The notes under the pieces are model-generated. The model ran no database searches and was not told the origin of the DNA. It saw only the letters and a program-made list of their open reading frames with translations. A stretch of 64,000 nt of DNA. Source: Eubacteriales bacterium. Lineage in GTDB: Bacteria > Bacillota > Clostridia > Oscillospirales > JAAYXM01. The translations under genes and the position numbers were made by a program. Location of the stretch: the NCBI GenBank assembly GCA_045649105.1, contig JAZRPG010000017.1:28006-92005 (forward strand), written 5' to 3'. Below, piece by piece: positions 28,758 through 40,760 of this stretch; position 1 is the stretch's first letter; every line of letters begins with the position of its first letter.

Positions 28758-29486
28758 TTACTTAGACGGAATGTACTTCTCGATTATTGCATCAAGTGTG
28801 CCGTCTGCCTTAAGCTCAGCAAGTGCTTTGTTGATTTTTTCGCAAAGCTCGGTGTTGCCCTTCTTTATTGCGATTGCATAGTCCTCATCTGTGAAGGACT
28901 CGTCAAGAATCTTAAGACCCTCGTTCTTCTCAACAAAAACCTTTGCCGGCTCGCCGTCGATGATAACAGCGTCAATCTTGCCCTGTGAAAGAGCAGTTAC
29001 CGCGTCAACGCCCTTGTTGAACTGACGGAGGTCAACATTCTCGATGTCTGCTGCGTAAATGTCGCCTGTTGTGCCGAGCTGAACGCCGACCTTCTTGCCG
29101 ACAAGCTCTTCAGGAGATGTGATTGCAGAATTCTCAGGAACGATAACGACCTGTGACGCATGTGCATATGTATCTGAGAAGTCAACGCTCTCAAGGCGCT
29201 TCTCCGTAACCGTCATGCCTGCAAGTCCGATGTCAACCTTGCCTGATGTGACAGCAGCGATTATGGAATCAAACTCCATGTCGGATATCTCAAGCTTCAT
29301 GCCGAGCTTTTCTGCAATAGCCTCTGCAATTTCTGCATCAATACCGACAATCTTCTCGCCCTCATAGAACTCATACGGCGGGAAAGCAGCATTTGTGCCC
29401 ATCTTGAGTGTGCCGCCATTCTGACCGCAACCCGCAAATGCGAGAAGCATCATAACTGCGAGAGAAACAGCTAAAACCTTTTTCAT
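28758..29486 (-). CDS. amino acid ABC transporter substrate-binding lipoprotein
   Basis: MKKVLAVSLAVMMLLAFAGC lipobox and family 3 SBP sequence. GGAGGT SD before ATG 29486. Confidence 0.8.
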   Translation of the reverse strand: MKKVLAVSLAVMMLLAFAGCGQNGGTLKMGTNAAFPPYEFYEGEKIVGIDAEIAEAIAEKLGMKLEISDMEFDSIIAAVTSGKVDIGLAGMTVTEKRLESVDFSDTYAHASQVVIVPENSAITSPEELVGKKVGVQLGTTGDIYAADIENVDLRQFNKGVDAVTALSQGKIDAVIIDGEPAKVFVEKNEGLKILDESFTDEDYAIAIKKGNTELCEKINKALAELKADGTLDAIIEKYIPSK

Positions 29487-29691
29487 TTTTAATACCTCCA
29501 TTTTTGAATATATGTAATTTTATTCCCTGGTGAGAATAATTATACTACCTTTTTCCAATTTGTCAAGTCTTTTTTATTTTATTTTTCGCCTCACCGCACT
29601 ACACATTCACTAAGCAATGCCGTTTATCGCGTTTTTACCGACAATTTCCCGCTTTCCTTGTTTATAAATAATTATGCATATTTTTGTATAA

Positions 29692-31179
29692 TTATTTATG
29701 GTAAAGCCTTTTTGTCTGGTGCCTCGGTTCACATGTGAGATTGATTCCGAGCTTGCGGTACACATCAAGGTCGACCTGCGACAGAATTACGGTAGAGTGA
29801 GCCTCGCAGCGGCTGAGCTTTTTAAGCTGCTCCTTTGCAAGATGCGCCGCCTCATTCTGCGTGGCGCTTATTGTGAGCGCTATAAGCACCTCGTCGGAAT
29901 GGAGGCGCGGATTGTGGTTTCCGAGAATGGTCGTTTTAAGCTGTTGTATCGGCTCAATAACCGTAGGTGAGATGAGGTGTATGGAGTCTTCAATCCCGCC
30001 TAATTTCTTGATTGCATTCAGAAGCGCGGCGCTTGATGCTCCGAGAAGCTTCGTGTTCCGCCCCGTGACTATCGTTCCGTCAGAAAGCTCTATCGCAACT
30101 GCAGGCTCGTCGCCGTTTTCCGCAGACTTTTTAAGAGCCGCGGCGACAACTGCGCGGTCATCAACCGTAACTTCCGCCTGCTTCATGATAAGCTCAAGCT
30201 TTCCGACCTCCTTGTCGGAGCCGCGCCCGAGGCGCCTGTCACACAGTACGGAGAAATACCGCCTTATTATCTCCTCGCGCGAGGCGTTCTGCGTTGCCTC
30301 ATCGTCCGTTATGCAGTATCCCGCCATGTTTACGCCCATATCCGTCGGAGATTTGTACGGGCTCTCTCCCGCAATCCTCTCAAAAATCGCATTGAGCACG
30401 GGGAAAACCTCAACATCGCGGTTGTAGTTTACCGTTGTTTCCCCATATGCCTCAAGATGGTACGGGTCTATCATGTTTACATCGCTTAAATCGGCGGTTG
30501 CCGCCTCGTATGCAAGATTTACGGGATGCTTGAGCGGTATGTTCCATATCGGGAAGGTCTCAAACTTTGCATATCCTGCGCAAATGCCGCGCAGATGCTC
30601 ATGGTAGAGCTGTGACAGGCAGGTTGACATCTTTCCGCTGCCCGGACCGGGCGCCGTAACGACTACAAGCGGACATGTCGTTTCAATATAATCGTTCTTG
30701 CCAAAGCCTTCCTCACTTACTATATGTGAAACATTGAGCGGATATCCTTCAATCGTGTAGTGGAGGTATACGCGCATTCCGAGGCTTATGAGCTTTTCGC
30801 GGAACGCCGCGGCAGACGGCTGCCCCTCGTAGCGCGTGATGACAATGCTGCCTACATAGAGGCCGATTTCACGGAACGCGTCCACCAGGCGCAGAACATC
30901 ACTGTCATATGTGATTCCGAGGTCGTTTCTCACCTTGTTTTTTTCAATATCAGAGGCGCTTATAACGATGACGACCTCAACCTCGCTCTTAAGGCTTTTA
31001 AGCATCTGTACCTTTGTGTCCGGCTTAAAGCCCGGGAGCACACGGGACGCATGATAATCGTCAAACAGCTTGCCGCCGAACTCGAGATAGAGCTTGCCGC
31101 CGAACTCATGTATACGCTTGCGTATCTGCTCGGACTGCCGCCTTATATATTCGTCGTTGTCAAAGCCCTCTCTCCACAT
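29692..31179 (-). CDS. DUF1846 / UPF0371 family protein
   Basis: MWREGFDNDEYIRRQSEQIRKRIHEFGGKLYLEFGGKLFDDYHASRVLPGF is the characteristic N-terminus of this conserved Firmicutes family. ATG 31179 follows GGAGG. Confidence 0.75.
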   Translation of the reverse strand: MWREGFDNDEYIRRQSEQIRKRIHEFGGKLYLEFGGKLFDDYHASRVLPGFKPDTKVQMLKSLKSEVEVVIVISASDIEKNKVRNDLGITYDSDVLRLVDAFREIGLYVGSIVITRYEGQPSAAAFREKLISLGMRVYLHYTIEGYPLNVSHIVSEEGFGKNDYIETTCPLVVVTAPGPGSGKMSTCLSQLYHEHLRGICAGYAKFETFPIWNIPLKHPVNLAYEAATADLSDVNMIDPYHLEAYGETTVNYNRDVEVFPVLNAIFERIAGESPYKSPTDMGVNMAGYCITDDEATQNASREEIIRRYFSVLCDRRLGRGSDKEVGKLELIMKQAEVTVDDRAVVAAALKKSAENGDEPAVAIELSDGTIVTGRNTKLLGASSAALLNAIKKLGGIEDSIHLISPTVIEPIQQLKTTILGNHNPRLHSDEVLIALTISATQNEAAHLAKEQLKKLSRCEAHSTVILSQVDLDVYRKLGINLTCEPRHQTKRLYHK

Positions 31180-31392
31180 AATATAACGCCTCCGCAATAA
31201 AATTCACTTTAATTAGTTTATCACAACTGCCCGGACATTGCAATATTCGCCAAAAAATCCGCAAAGAAAAATTTTTGTTTTTATGCCTTGCAGGGCACAA
31301 GTTTTGCTTTATAATATAATTAAAAAGCTTCGGATTTAAGCCGTGCACGGAGGGACACATGCTTTCATTTCCGAAGCTTTCTGTTTTTTCAC

Positions 31393-31830
31393 TTATTCGT
31401 GTGAACCGTGAGAGCAGCAGTTTTTGCAATCCCCTGAGCAGTGCGCAAGCTCGCCCGGGTCTTTGCCCTGCCTTTTGTAGTAGTCCGCAACTGCCGACTT
31501 TATTGCCTCCTCGGCAAGAACTGAGCAGTGAAGCTTTTCCGGCGGAAGCCCGTCAAGAGCCTCTGCAACCGCGCGGTTTGTGAGCTTAAGCGCTTCCTCA
31601 ACCGTCTTTCCCTTTACCATCTCCGTCGCCATTGACGATGTTGCAACGGCGGCGCCGCAGCCGAATGTCTTAAACGACACATCTGTAATTATGTCGTTTT
31701 CTATCTTCATATACATCTTCATTATATCGCCGCACTTCGGGTTCCCCACCTGGCCGACGGCGTTTGCTCCTTCAAGCTCGCCTACATTGCGCGGGTTTGA
31801 AAAATGGTCAAGCACCTTTTCGCTGTACAT
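31393..31830 (-). CDS. nifU: Fe-S cluster assembly scaffold NifU/IscU-type
   Basis: 145 aa, DHFSNPRNVG...GNPKCGDIMK...FKTFGCGAAVATSS...LHCSVLA. Confidence 0.85.
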   Translation of the reverse strand: MYSEKVLDHFSNPRNVGELEGANAVGQVGNPKCGDIMKMYMKIENDIITDVSFKTFGCGAAVATSSMATEMVKGKTVEEALKLTNRAVAEALDGLPPEKLHCSVLAEEAIKSAVADYYKRQGKDPGELAHCSGDCKNCCSHGSHE

Positions 31831-31860
31831 ATATCATTTTCTCCTCTCTCTTATTCTGAT

Positions 31861-33042
31861 TTATGCCCACATCGGGCGCCCGTTTTCCCACACGGGCGAC
31901 ATTGCGCGAAGCCTTTCTGCAACGCGCTCTACTGCCTCTGCAATTATAAGCTCATCGCCCTCATTATTATCCTCATTCATCGAAAGCCTGAGCGACCCGT
32001 GCGCAATATGGTGCGGAAGGCCGATTGCAAGAAGCACATGTGACGGGTCAAGCGAGCCGGACGAGCACGCAGAGCCTGAGCTTGCGCATATTCCCTCGTT
32101 AAACATATTCAGAAGAAGCGCCTCGCCCTCTATTCCCTCAATCACGATGCTCACAAGACCGGGAAGTCTGTTTGTCGGGTGCCCCGTAAGGCGCGTGTAC
32201 GGAATTTTCAAAACGCGCTCTATAAGTCTTTCGCGCATTTCGGAAAGCTTTTCGGCGCGCTTTCCCAGTCCGTCCTTTGCCATACGGCATGCCTCGCCGA
32301 GCCCGACGATATACGGGACATTCTCCGTCCCTGCGCGGCGGCCGCGCTCCTGCCCTCCGCCGTTCATGAAGCTCTCTAACTTAACTCCCGAGCGGATATA
32401 TAAAGCGCCTATTCCCTTCGGTGCGCCGATTTTATGGCCCGAGAGCGAGAGCATGTCTATATTCATCGCCTCGACATCAACCTCTATATGTCCGACAGCC
32501 TGGACAGCGTCCGTGTGAAACAAAATTCCGCGCGCTCTTGCTATTTTTCCTATTTCGGCTATCGGCTGGATTGTGCCTATCTCGTTATTCGCCGTCATTA
32601 TAGATATAAGCACCGTGTCATCGCATATTTCGCGCTCCAAATCCGCGACTGAAACGCTGCCGAACTCGTCAACACCGAGGTATGTCACGCGCCAGCCTTT
32701 TTTCTCAAGGTTTTTGCATGTGTTTAACACTGCCGGGTGCTCAATCGCGCTTGTTATTATGTGCTTTCCCTTTTTCTCAAGTGCGTACGCTGCGCCCTTT
32801 ATCGCCCAGTTGTCAGACTCTGTGCCGCAGCTTGTGAAAAATATTTCGCGGCTTCTTGCTCCGATAAGCGCGGCGACACTCTCGCGCGCCGCCTCTACCG
32901 CGCGTTTTGCCTCGTATGCAAAGGCGTAAAGGCTCGACGGATTCCCGTACTGCTCACCGAGAAACGGGAGCATTTTTCCCAAAACCTCCGGCTTTACCTT
33001 TGTGGTTGCCGATGTATCTGCATATATCATTCGCGTTGTCAT
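31861..33042 (-). CDS. nifS: cysteine desulfurase NifS/IscS-type
   Basis: IYADTSATTKV...SGHKIGAPKGIGALY (PLP lysine)...SSGSACSS active-site loop. The start is ambiguous between Met 33042 and Met 33030; the track start 33096 overlaps rnhA. Confidence 0.85.
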   Translation of the reverse strand: MTTRMIYADTSATTKVKPEVLGKMLPFLGEQYGNPSSLYAFAYEAKRAVEAARESVAALIGARSREIFFTSCGTESDNWAIKGAAYALEKKGKHIITSAIEHPAVLNTCKNLEKKGWRVTYLGVDEFGSVSVADLEREICDDTVLISIMTANNEIGTIQPIAEIGKIARARGILFHTDAVQAVGHIEVDVEAMNIDMLSLSGHKIGAPKGIGALYIRSGVKLESFMNGGGQERGRRAGTENVPYIVGLGEACRMAKDGLGKRAEKLSEMRERLIERVLKIPYTRLTGHPTNRLPGLVSIVIEGIEGEALLLNMFNEGICASSGSACSSGSLDPSHVLLAIGLPHHIAHGSLRLSMNEDNNEGDELIIAEAVERVAERLRAMSPVWENGRPMWA

Positions 33043-33050
33043 CTCCTGTT

Positions 33051-33500
33051 TTACTTTGCGTATTCCCGTGACCTTGCAACGGCAAGCGCGTCGCAACGGT
33101 TGTTTTTTTCATTCTCCGCATGTCCGCGCACCCAGACAAAGCTAACCTCGTGGGTATCAAGAAGCCCAAGAAGCTTCTCCCACAAATCGGGGTTCTGCGC
33201 AGGCTCACGCCTATTCCGCATCCAGCCTGCTGCGCGCCATTTTTTCGCCCAGCCCTTTTCTACCGCGTCGGCCACATATCTGCTGTCGGTAAAAAGCGTG
33301 ACTCGGCACGGCTCTTTAAGGCAGCTTAGCGCCTCTATAACGCCCGTAAGCTCCATACGGTTATTGGTCGTGACCTCTTCTCCGCCGGAAAGCTCACGCT
33401 CACGCCCCTGATACGAAAGGATTGCGCCCCAGCCGCCGGGCCCCGGGTTTCCTGAGCATGCGCCGTCGGTATATATCTCGACATGCTTTTTATTTACCAT
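33051..33500 (-). CDS. rnhA: ribonuclease HI
   Basis: MVNKKHVEIYTDGACSGNPGPGGWGAIL...TNNRMELTGVIEAL...TDSRYV...WVRGHAENEKNNRCDALA. The start was moved to 33500, after the gyrA stop. Confidence 0.85.
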   Translation of the reverse strand: MVNKKHVEIYTDGACSGNPGPGGWGAILSYQGRERELSGGEEVTTNNRMELTGVIEALSCLKEPCRVTLFTDSRYVADAVEKGWAKKWRAAGWMRNRREPAQNPDLWEKLLGLLDTHEVSFVWVRGHAENEKNNRCDALAVARSREYAK

Positions 33501-33522
33501 ATTTTGCTCTTTTCCCAAGTTA

Positions 33523-36021
33523 TTATTCCTCTGTTGCGCCGTCTTCCGCGCTGTCTTCCTCTTTTTCCTCGTGCTCGGCACCTGCAACGGCGATTACCTT
33601 TACGCCGTCAGGCACGCGCATGAGTATAACGCCCTGGGTTACGCGCCCGAAGCGGCTTATATCACGCGCCGGCATACGGATTATAATTCCGTCATCGGAT
33701 ATGAGCATTGCGTCATCGTCATCGTCAACCATGAGGATTCCTGCGACAGCGCCCGTCTTCTCCGTGATGTTATAGTTCATGATTCCCTTTCCGTAGCGGC
33801 TCTGGAGGCGGTATTCCGAAACCTCTGTGCGCTTTCCGTAGCCGTTTTCAGTAACGGTCAGGATATCCTTTCCTTCTGTCACCGTTGCCGCGCCTATTAC
33901 GAAATCGTCATCATTGAGGCTTATTCCGTACACGCCTGCCGCTTCGCGTCCTGTTGCGCGGATATCCGTTTCGGAGAATCTTATCGCCATTCCGTCATGC
34001 GTCGCAAGCATCAGCTCGTCCTTGCCGCTCGTGAGCATTACGGAAATAAGCTCGTCCTCCTCACCGAGCGTTACGGCGCGGATTCCTGCCTTGCGCGCAG
34101 TGTCTACGCGGCTTAAGGCAATACGCTTTACAACGCCGAGGCGGGTTGCCATGACAAGATATCTCTCGTCATCAAAGCTGTCAACGGGTATCATCGCCGT
34201 AACCTTTTCCTCAGGCTCGAAAGCGATGAGGTTTACTATATTCATGCCCTTTGCCGTTCTGCTGCTTTCAGGAATCATATATCCCTTTATGCGATACATG
34301 CGCCCCTTATTCGTGAAGAAGAGAATATTGTCGTGGCTTGAGGCTGTGAACAGCGTCTCAACAAAGTCCTCCTCACGCGTTGTCATCGCCGATATTCCGC
34401 GTCCGCCGCGGTGCTGTGAACGGTATGTTGATACGGGAAGCCTCTTTATATATCCGTAGTGAGTGAGCGTGTATGCACACTCCTCGACGGGGATAAGGTC
34501 TTCAACATCTATCTCGTCATCAACGGGGGCAATCTCCGTGCGCCTTGCATCGCCGTATTTTTCGCGGATTACAAGGAGCTCGTCCTTCAATATTCCCGCA
34601 ACAAGCTCGTCCGATGCGAGAACCTCCTTGCAATATGCAATTTTCTTCATAAGCTCGTCATATTCCGCGTCAATCTTCTCTCTTTCAAGCCCCTGGAGCC
34701 TTGCAAGACGCATATCAAGAACAGACTGTGCCTGAATCTCGCTCATGTTAAATGCTTCTATAAGGCGTACCTTTGCGTCGTTGTAGCTTTCTCTTATGAT
34801 TTTTATAATCTCGTCGATATGGTCAAGCGCAATGCGGAGTCCTTCGAGAATATGTGCCCTTGCCTCCGCCTTCTTTAAATCAAACTCCGTTCTTCTGCGG
34901 ATAACGCTCTTCTGGAAAAGAATATACTGGTCAAGAATGTCGCGCAGGGAGAGCATTTTCGGCTTGTTGTCTACAAGCGCGAGGAGAATTACGCCGAATG
35001 TCGATTGCATCTGCGTATGCTTAAAGAGCATATTAAGCACGACCTGCGGATTTGCGTTTCTCGAAAGCTCGATAACAACGCGGATTCCCTCGCGGTTTGA
35101 CTCGTCCTGAAGGTGCGTAATGCCCTCTATAACCTTGTTTTTTACAAGCTCTGCTATATGCTCAATAAGCCTTGCCTTGTTGACCATATACGGAAGCTCT
35201 GTCGCAACAATTCTGTACCTGCCGTTGTCAAACTCCTCAATCTCCGTCTTTGCGCGGACCTTCAGAAGCCCTTTTCCCGTAGCATAGGCGGCTCTAATCC
35301 CCGCAAGACCCATTATAATTCCCGCTGTCGGGAAATCAGGCCCTTTTATATGCTCCATAAGGTCTGCAAGCGTCGCCTCAGGGTTATTGATAACCTCTAT
35401 CGTCGCGTCTATGACTTCTGAGAGGTTGTGCGGCGGAATATTTGTCGTCATGCCGACGGCGATACCGTTACTTCCGTTGACGAGAAGGCTTGGTATGCGT
35501 GACGGAAGAACAACGGGTTCCTCATGGTACCCGTCAAAGTTTGACTGGAAATCAACCGTCTCTTTATCAATGTCAGAGAGCATTTCAAGCGCGATTTTTG
35601 AAAGACGCGCCTCTGTATATCGGTATGCAGCGGCAGGGTCACCGTCGACCGAGCCGAAGTTACCGTGTCCGTCTACCATGGGATAACGGAGAGAGAACGA
35701 CTGCGCCATGCGCACCATCGCGTCATAAACTGACGAGTCACCGTGCGGATGGTATCTGCCGAGCACGTCACCGACCGTGGTCGCACTCTTTCTGTGCGCC
35801 TTATCGGGGGTAAGTCCGTCCTCATACATGGTATAGAGAATACGGCGATGAACGGGCTTAAGTCCGTCGCGGACATCGGGAAGCGCACGCCCGACGATAA
35901 CGGACATGGAATAGTCTATGTATGCGCGCTTCATCTCCTCGTTAAGCTCAACATCAATTATTTTTTCTATATCAAGATGATTAAGCGGTTTCTCATCTCT
36001 TCTTGCTTTACTCATTTGCAA
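33523..36021 (-). CDS. gyrA: DNA gyrase subunit A
   Basis: 832 aa, [24 protein letters not shown]...[17 protein letters not shown] (QRDR) with C-terminal beta-pinwheel repeats. Confidence 0.95.
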   Translation of the reverse strand: MQMSKARRDEKPLNHLDIEKIIDVELNEEMKRAYIDYSMSVIVGRALPDVRDGLKPVHRRILYTMYEDGLTPDKAHRKSATTVGDVLGRYHPHGDSSVYDAMVRMAQSFSLRYPMVDGHGNFGSVDGDPAAAYRYTEARLSKIALEMLSDIDKETVDFQSNFDGYHEEPVVLPSRIPSLLVNGSNGIAVGMTTNIPPHNLSEVIDATIEVINNPEATLADLMEHIKGPDFPTAGIIMGLAGIRAAYATGKGLLKVRAKTEIEEFDNGRYRIVATELPYMVNKARLIEHIAELVKNKVIEGITHLQDESNREGIRVVIELSRNANPQVVLNMLFKHTQMQSTFGVILLALVDNKPKMLSLRDILDQYILFQKSVIRRRTEFDLKKAEARAHILEGLRIALDHIDEIIKIIRESYNDAKVRLIEAFNMSEIQAQSVLDMRLARLQGLEREKIDAEYDELMKKIAYCKEVLASDELVAGILKDELLVIREKYGDARRTEIAPVDDEIDVEDLIPVEECAYTLTHYGYIKRLPVSTYRSQHRGGRGISAMTTREEDFVETLFTASSHDNILFFTNKGRMYRIKGYMIPESSRTAKGMNIVNLIAFEPEEKVTAMIPVDSFDDERYLVMATRLGVVKRIALSRVDTARKAGIRAVTLGEEDELISVMLTSGKDELMLATHDGMAIRFSETDIRATGREAAGVYGISLNDDDFVIGAATVTEGKDILTVTENGYGKRTEVSEYRLQSRYGKGIMNYNITEKTGAVAGILMVDDDDDAMLISDDGIIIRMPARDISRFGRVTQGVILMRVPDGVKVIAVAGAEHEEKEEDSAEDGATEE

Positions 36022-36057
36022 ATTCCTCTTTCGTATAGCATTTTGTCGGTTGCGGCG

Positions 36058-37977
<1,920 letters not shown>

Positions 37978-38280
37978 TTATATTTCCTCCATATCTTCTG
38001 TGTCATCAAAATTTTCGTATTGTAAAAACTCCTCCGACTCTGCCCTTTTTTGCAGAGTCTGCGGAGAAATGGGCGAGATAAAAACTCTTTCGCGGTTTTC
38101 CTCACGGCAAACGATGAACGAGCGCGGAATATCGTCGCACACATTTATTACATGGTTTGCCTTTTCTTTTGTTGCGAGAAATTTCTTTGTCCTCTTTGAC
38201 TGCGAGGTTATTTCAAGGTCGAAAACACCTATTATGCTCGTTTTCGGAATAAGCCGACCTCTCCCTATGTGGAGAAACAT
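37978..38280 (-). CDS. DUF370 (RemB/YaaB-like) protein
   Basis: 100 aa, MFLHIGRGRLIPKTSIIGVFDL... It occupies the recF-gyrB position, as B. subtilis remB does. Confidence 0.7.
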   Translation of the reverse strand: MFLHIGRGRLIPKTSIIGVFDLEITSQSKRTKKFLATKEKANHVINVCDDIPRSFIVCREENRERVFISPISPQTLQKRAESEEFLQYENFDDTEDMEEI

Positions 38281-38285
38281 AAAAC

Positions 38286-39410
38286 TTAAAGCACCTCTTT
38301 TTCCTTTATATCCTGCTCCTGTACCCTTCCCGCAGCAACAGCAAACACCTTTCCCGAAAACGGACCCGAGAATACCGACGGGTCACACCCGGTGATAAGC
38401 GTCTGCCCGCGAGAGGCATCGTTTATAAGAAACTGCTGACGCATGGGGTCAAGCTCGCTTAAAACATCGTCAAGAAGAAGAATGGGGCTTTCTCCGCAGT
38501 CCTTTTCTATGAGCCTGTGCTCAGAAAGCTTTAAGGCAAGCGTTGCCGAGCGAATCTGACCCTGGGAGGCAAACTCGCGCGCCGACAGCCCGTTTATACA
38601 GACCGTAAAATCGTCACGGTGAGACCCTACAAGGCACATTCCGCTCTCAAGCTCCGCAACACGGCGGCGGCGAAGATGCTCAAAAAGCCTTTCTTTATTT
38701 TCATCGGAAAACGGGTCCTCTATCGAGCTTGCACAGTTGTATTTTATTGAAATTTTTTCGCGCCCGTTTGATATTTCTTTCATTATTCCCTGCGAAATCT
38801 CCGAAATTTCAGAGAGAAAAGCGGCTCTTTCCTTTGTTATGAAAGCGGCTTTTTCGCTTATTCCCTCGTTTATAACATCGAGAAACTCAATCATCGAGGG
38901 GGTCCTTTGCGGGTCCTTTAATATTTTTCGCTTATGCTCCAAAAGCTTTTTATGCTCTGAAAGAGCTTTTATATATGCCGGCTTCATCTGCGAAACGGAC
39001 ATGTTCATAAATCTTCTGCGGAGAGAAGGACCCTCTTTTATAAGCTGAAGGTCGTCCGGCGAAAAAACGACGGTTTTTATAAGGCCTATGTGGTTAATGG
39101 GCTTATCTTCACGGACTCCGTTTACAAAAAGGCGCCGTCCGCGCTCTGAAACCGTGCAGGAAATATTAAAATCTCGGCCGTAGGCAGAAAAATCCCCGTC
39201 TATTGTGCAGCTTTCCTTTTCATGCATAACAGCTCCGCTGTCTTTTACCCCGCGAAAGGTTTTAAGACAGGAGAGATAGAAAACCGCCTCAATTAGATTA
39301 GTCTTTCCCTGCGCATTTTCTCCGAAAATAAGGTTACGGCCTTTTTCAAAGCTTATTTCTGCCTCTTCATAATTTCTGAAATTGCGCAGAGAGAGCTTTT
39401 TTATCCACAT
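38286..39410 (-). CDS. recF: DNA replication and repair protein RecF
   Basis: 374 aa, LSLRNFRNYEEAEISFEKGRNLIFGENAQGKTNLIEA...LLLDDVLSELD. Confidence 0.9.
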   Translation of the reverse strand: MWIKKLSLRNFRNYEEAEISFEKGRNLIFGENAQGKTNLIEAVFYLSCLKTFRGVKDSGAVMHEKESCTIDGDFSAYGRDFNISCTVSERGRRLFVNGVREDKPINHIGLIKTVVFSPDDLQLIKEGPSLRRRFMNMSVSQMKPAYIKALSEHKKLLEHKRKILKDPQRTPSMIEFLDVINEGISEKAAFITKERAAFLSEISEISQGIMKEISNGREKISIKYNCASSIEDPFSDENKERLFEHLRRRRVAELESGMCLVGSHRDDFTVCINGLSAREFASQGQIRSATLALKLSEHRLIEKDCGESPILLLDDVLSELDPMRQQFLINDASRGQTLITGCDPSVFSGPFSGKVFAVAAGRVQEQDIKEKEVL

Positions 39411-39413
39411 TTT

Positions 39414-40523
39414 TTAATCAACCTTAAGGCGGACCGGAAGGATAAGATGCAGATACTCATCCGTTTCCGGAGGTGTTATTATTATGGGAGCAACATGTGT
39501 GCTCAGCTCAAGCGAAACCTCGTCATGCGGGCATGCGCGCAGAGCTTCCAATAAATATCTGTTATTAAATCCTATTTCAAGCTTTTCTGCCTGACCGAGA
39601 AGAGCGCATTCGTCCTTTGAGCGGCCGAGCGGAGTAACGCAGCTTATGAGAAGAACCTTTTCTTCAAAATTCAAGCGAATCGGATTCTTTATTCTTTCGT
39701 TTATAAGAATGGAAACGCGGTCAATCGCAGAAATAAGGTCGCGTCTGTTAACCTTTACTTTGAATGAACCGCCCTTCGGGACAGCGTTTTTATAATTAAG
39801 AAAATCGCCTTCCAATATGCGTGAGATAATAACGGCGCCGTTTGTAGCAAAGGTTATGTGCTTTTTGCCGACGCAGATTGAAATTTCCTCGTCAGAATCG
39901 CCGCAGAGCTTTTCGACCTCTTTAAGAGTAGAGCCGGGGACAACGAAGGAAAACTTTTCTTCTCCGCTGTCGTTTTTAACAGCAGCGCTGCGGTATGAAA
40001 GACGGAAGCCGTCGACGGAAACAACCGTGAGCTTGTCGTTTTCAACATCAAACATTGACCCTGTATGAACAGGCTTGCTCTCGTCCCCGCTTATTGCAAA
40101 AATTGTTTGAGAAATCATCATTTTAAGGTCATTCTGCGAAAGAGAGAGAGAGTATTTTGACTCAACCTCGGGCAGTGCGGGATAATCACTTGCAGAAAGG
40201 CATATTACATCGTGACGGACATTTGCGCATGTAATTACGGCAAACATATTGTCTCCTGCAATAAAAGTTACAGGCTCATCAGGAAGAAGTCTTATAATAT
40301 CGGAGAACATGCGCGCATTTATAACTACTTTCCCCGCTTCCTTTACCTCGGCGGGAACGGTGACCTGTATTCCCGTAGAAAGGTCATACCCCGTTATTGT
40401 AAGCCCCTCGTCCGCGTCAAGCAAAAGCCCTTCCATAATCGGGATTGTGCTCTTTGAGGAGACCGCCCAGGAAGTCCTCGTAATGGCGGAGAGGAGAATA
40501 GATTTTTCACATACAAATTTCAT
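39414..40523 (-). CDS. dnaN: DNA polymerase III beta sliding clamp
   Basis: 369 aa, MKFVCEKSILLSAI...PIMEGLLL...; three-domain clamp length, directly downstream of dnaA/oriC. Confidence 0.9.
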   Translation of the reverse strand: MKFVCEKSILLSAITRTSWAVSSKSTIPIMEGLLLDADEGLTITGYDLSTGIQVTVPAEVKEAGKVVINARMFSDIIRLLPDEPVTFIAGDNMFAVITCANVRHDVICLSASDYPALPEVESKYSLSLSQNDLKMMISQTIFAISGDESKPVHTGSMFDVENDKLTVVSVDGFRLSYRSAAVKNDSGEEKFSFVVPGSTLKEVEKLCGDSDEEISICVGKKHITFATNGAVIISRILEGDFLNYKNAVPKGGSFKVKVNRRDLISAIDRVSILINERIKNPIRLNFEEKVLLISCVTPLGRSKDECALLGQAEKLEIGFNNRYLLEALRACPHDEVSLELSTHVAPIIITPPETDEYLHLILPVRLKVD

Positions 40524-40760
40524 ATGCCTCTTTTTCCTTTCGATGCGAATATTTTTAAATATATAAACATATAATATTAATTTAGTAGTAGTAGTATAGC
40601 TTGTGTAAATTGTGGAAAATGCGCTTTTTCTGTTGTATTAAACCATGTTCGGGACTCACAGCCGCCTGTGTAAAACAGATGCTCCGTCAACAGGTAAAAA
40701 ATCCGGAAATTTTTATCCACAAGAGAGCCTTGTTAATTTAACAGCTTCCCTGTGGAAAAC
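40524..40760. other. chromosomal replication origin (oriC) in dnaA-dnaN spacer
   Basis: The perfect DnaA box TTATCCACA lies at 40713-40721. One-mismatch boxes (reverse orientation) TGTGGAAAA lie at 40611-40619 and 40751-40759. Weaker boxes are TGTGTAAAT (40602-40610) and TGTGTAAAA (40667-40675). A TAG trinucleotide run and an AT-rich tract (40545-40582) lie next to dnaN. Confidence 0.75.
40583..40597 (+). repeat. TAG trinucleotide run (DnaA-trio-like element)
   Basis: TAGTAGTAGTAGTAT sits 4 nt from the two tandem DnaA-box-like 9-mers and directly abuts the AT-rich tract. Confidence 0.5.
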
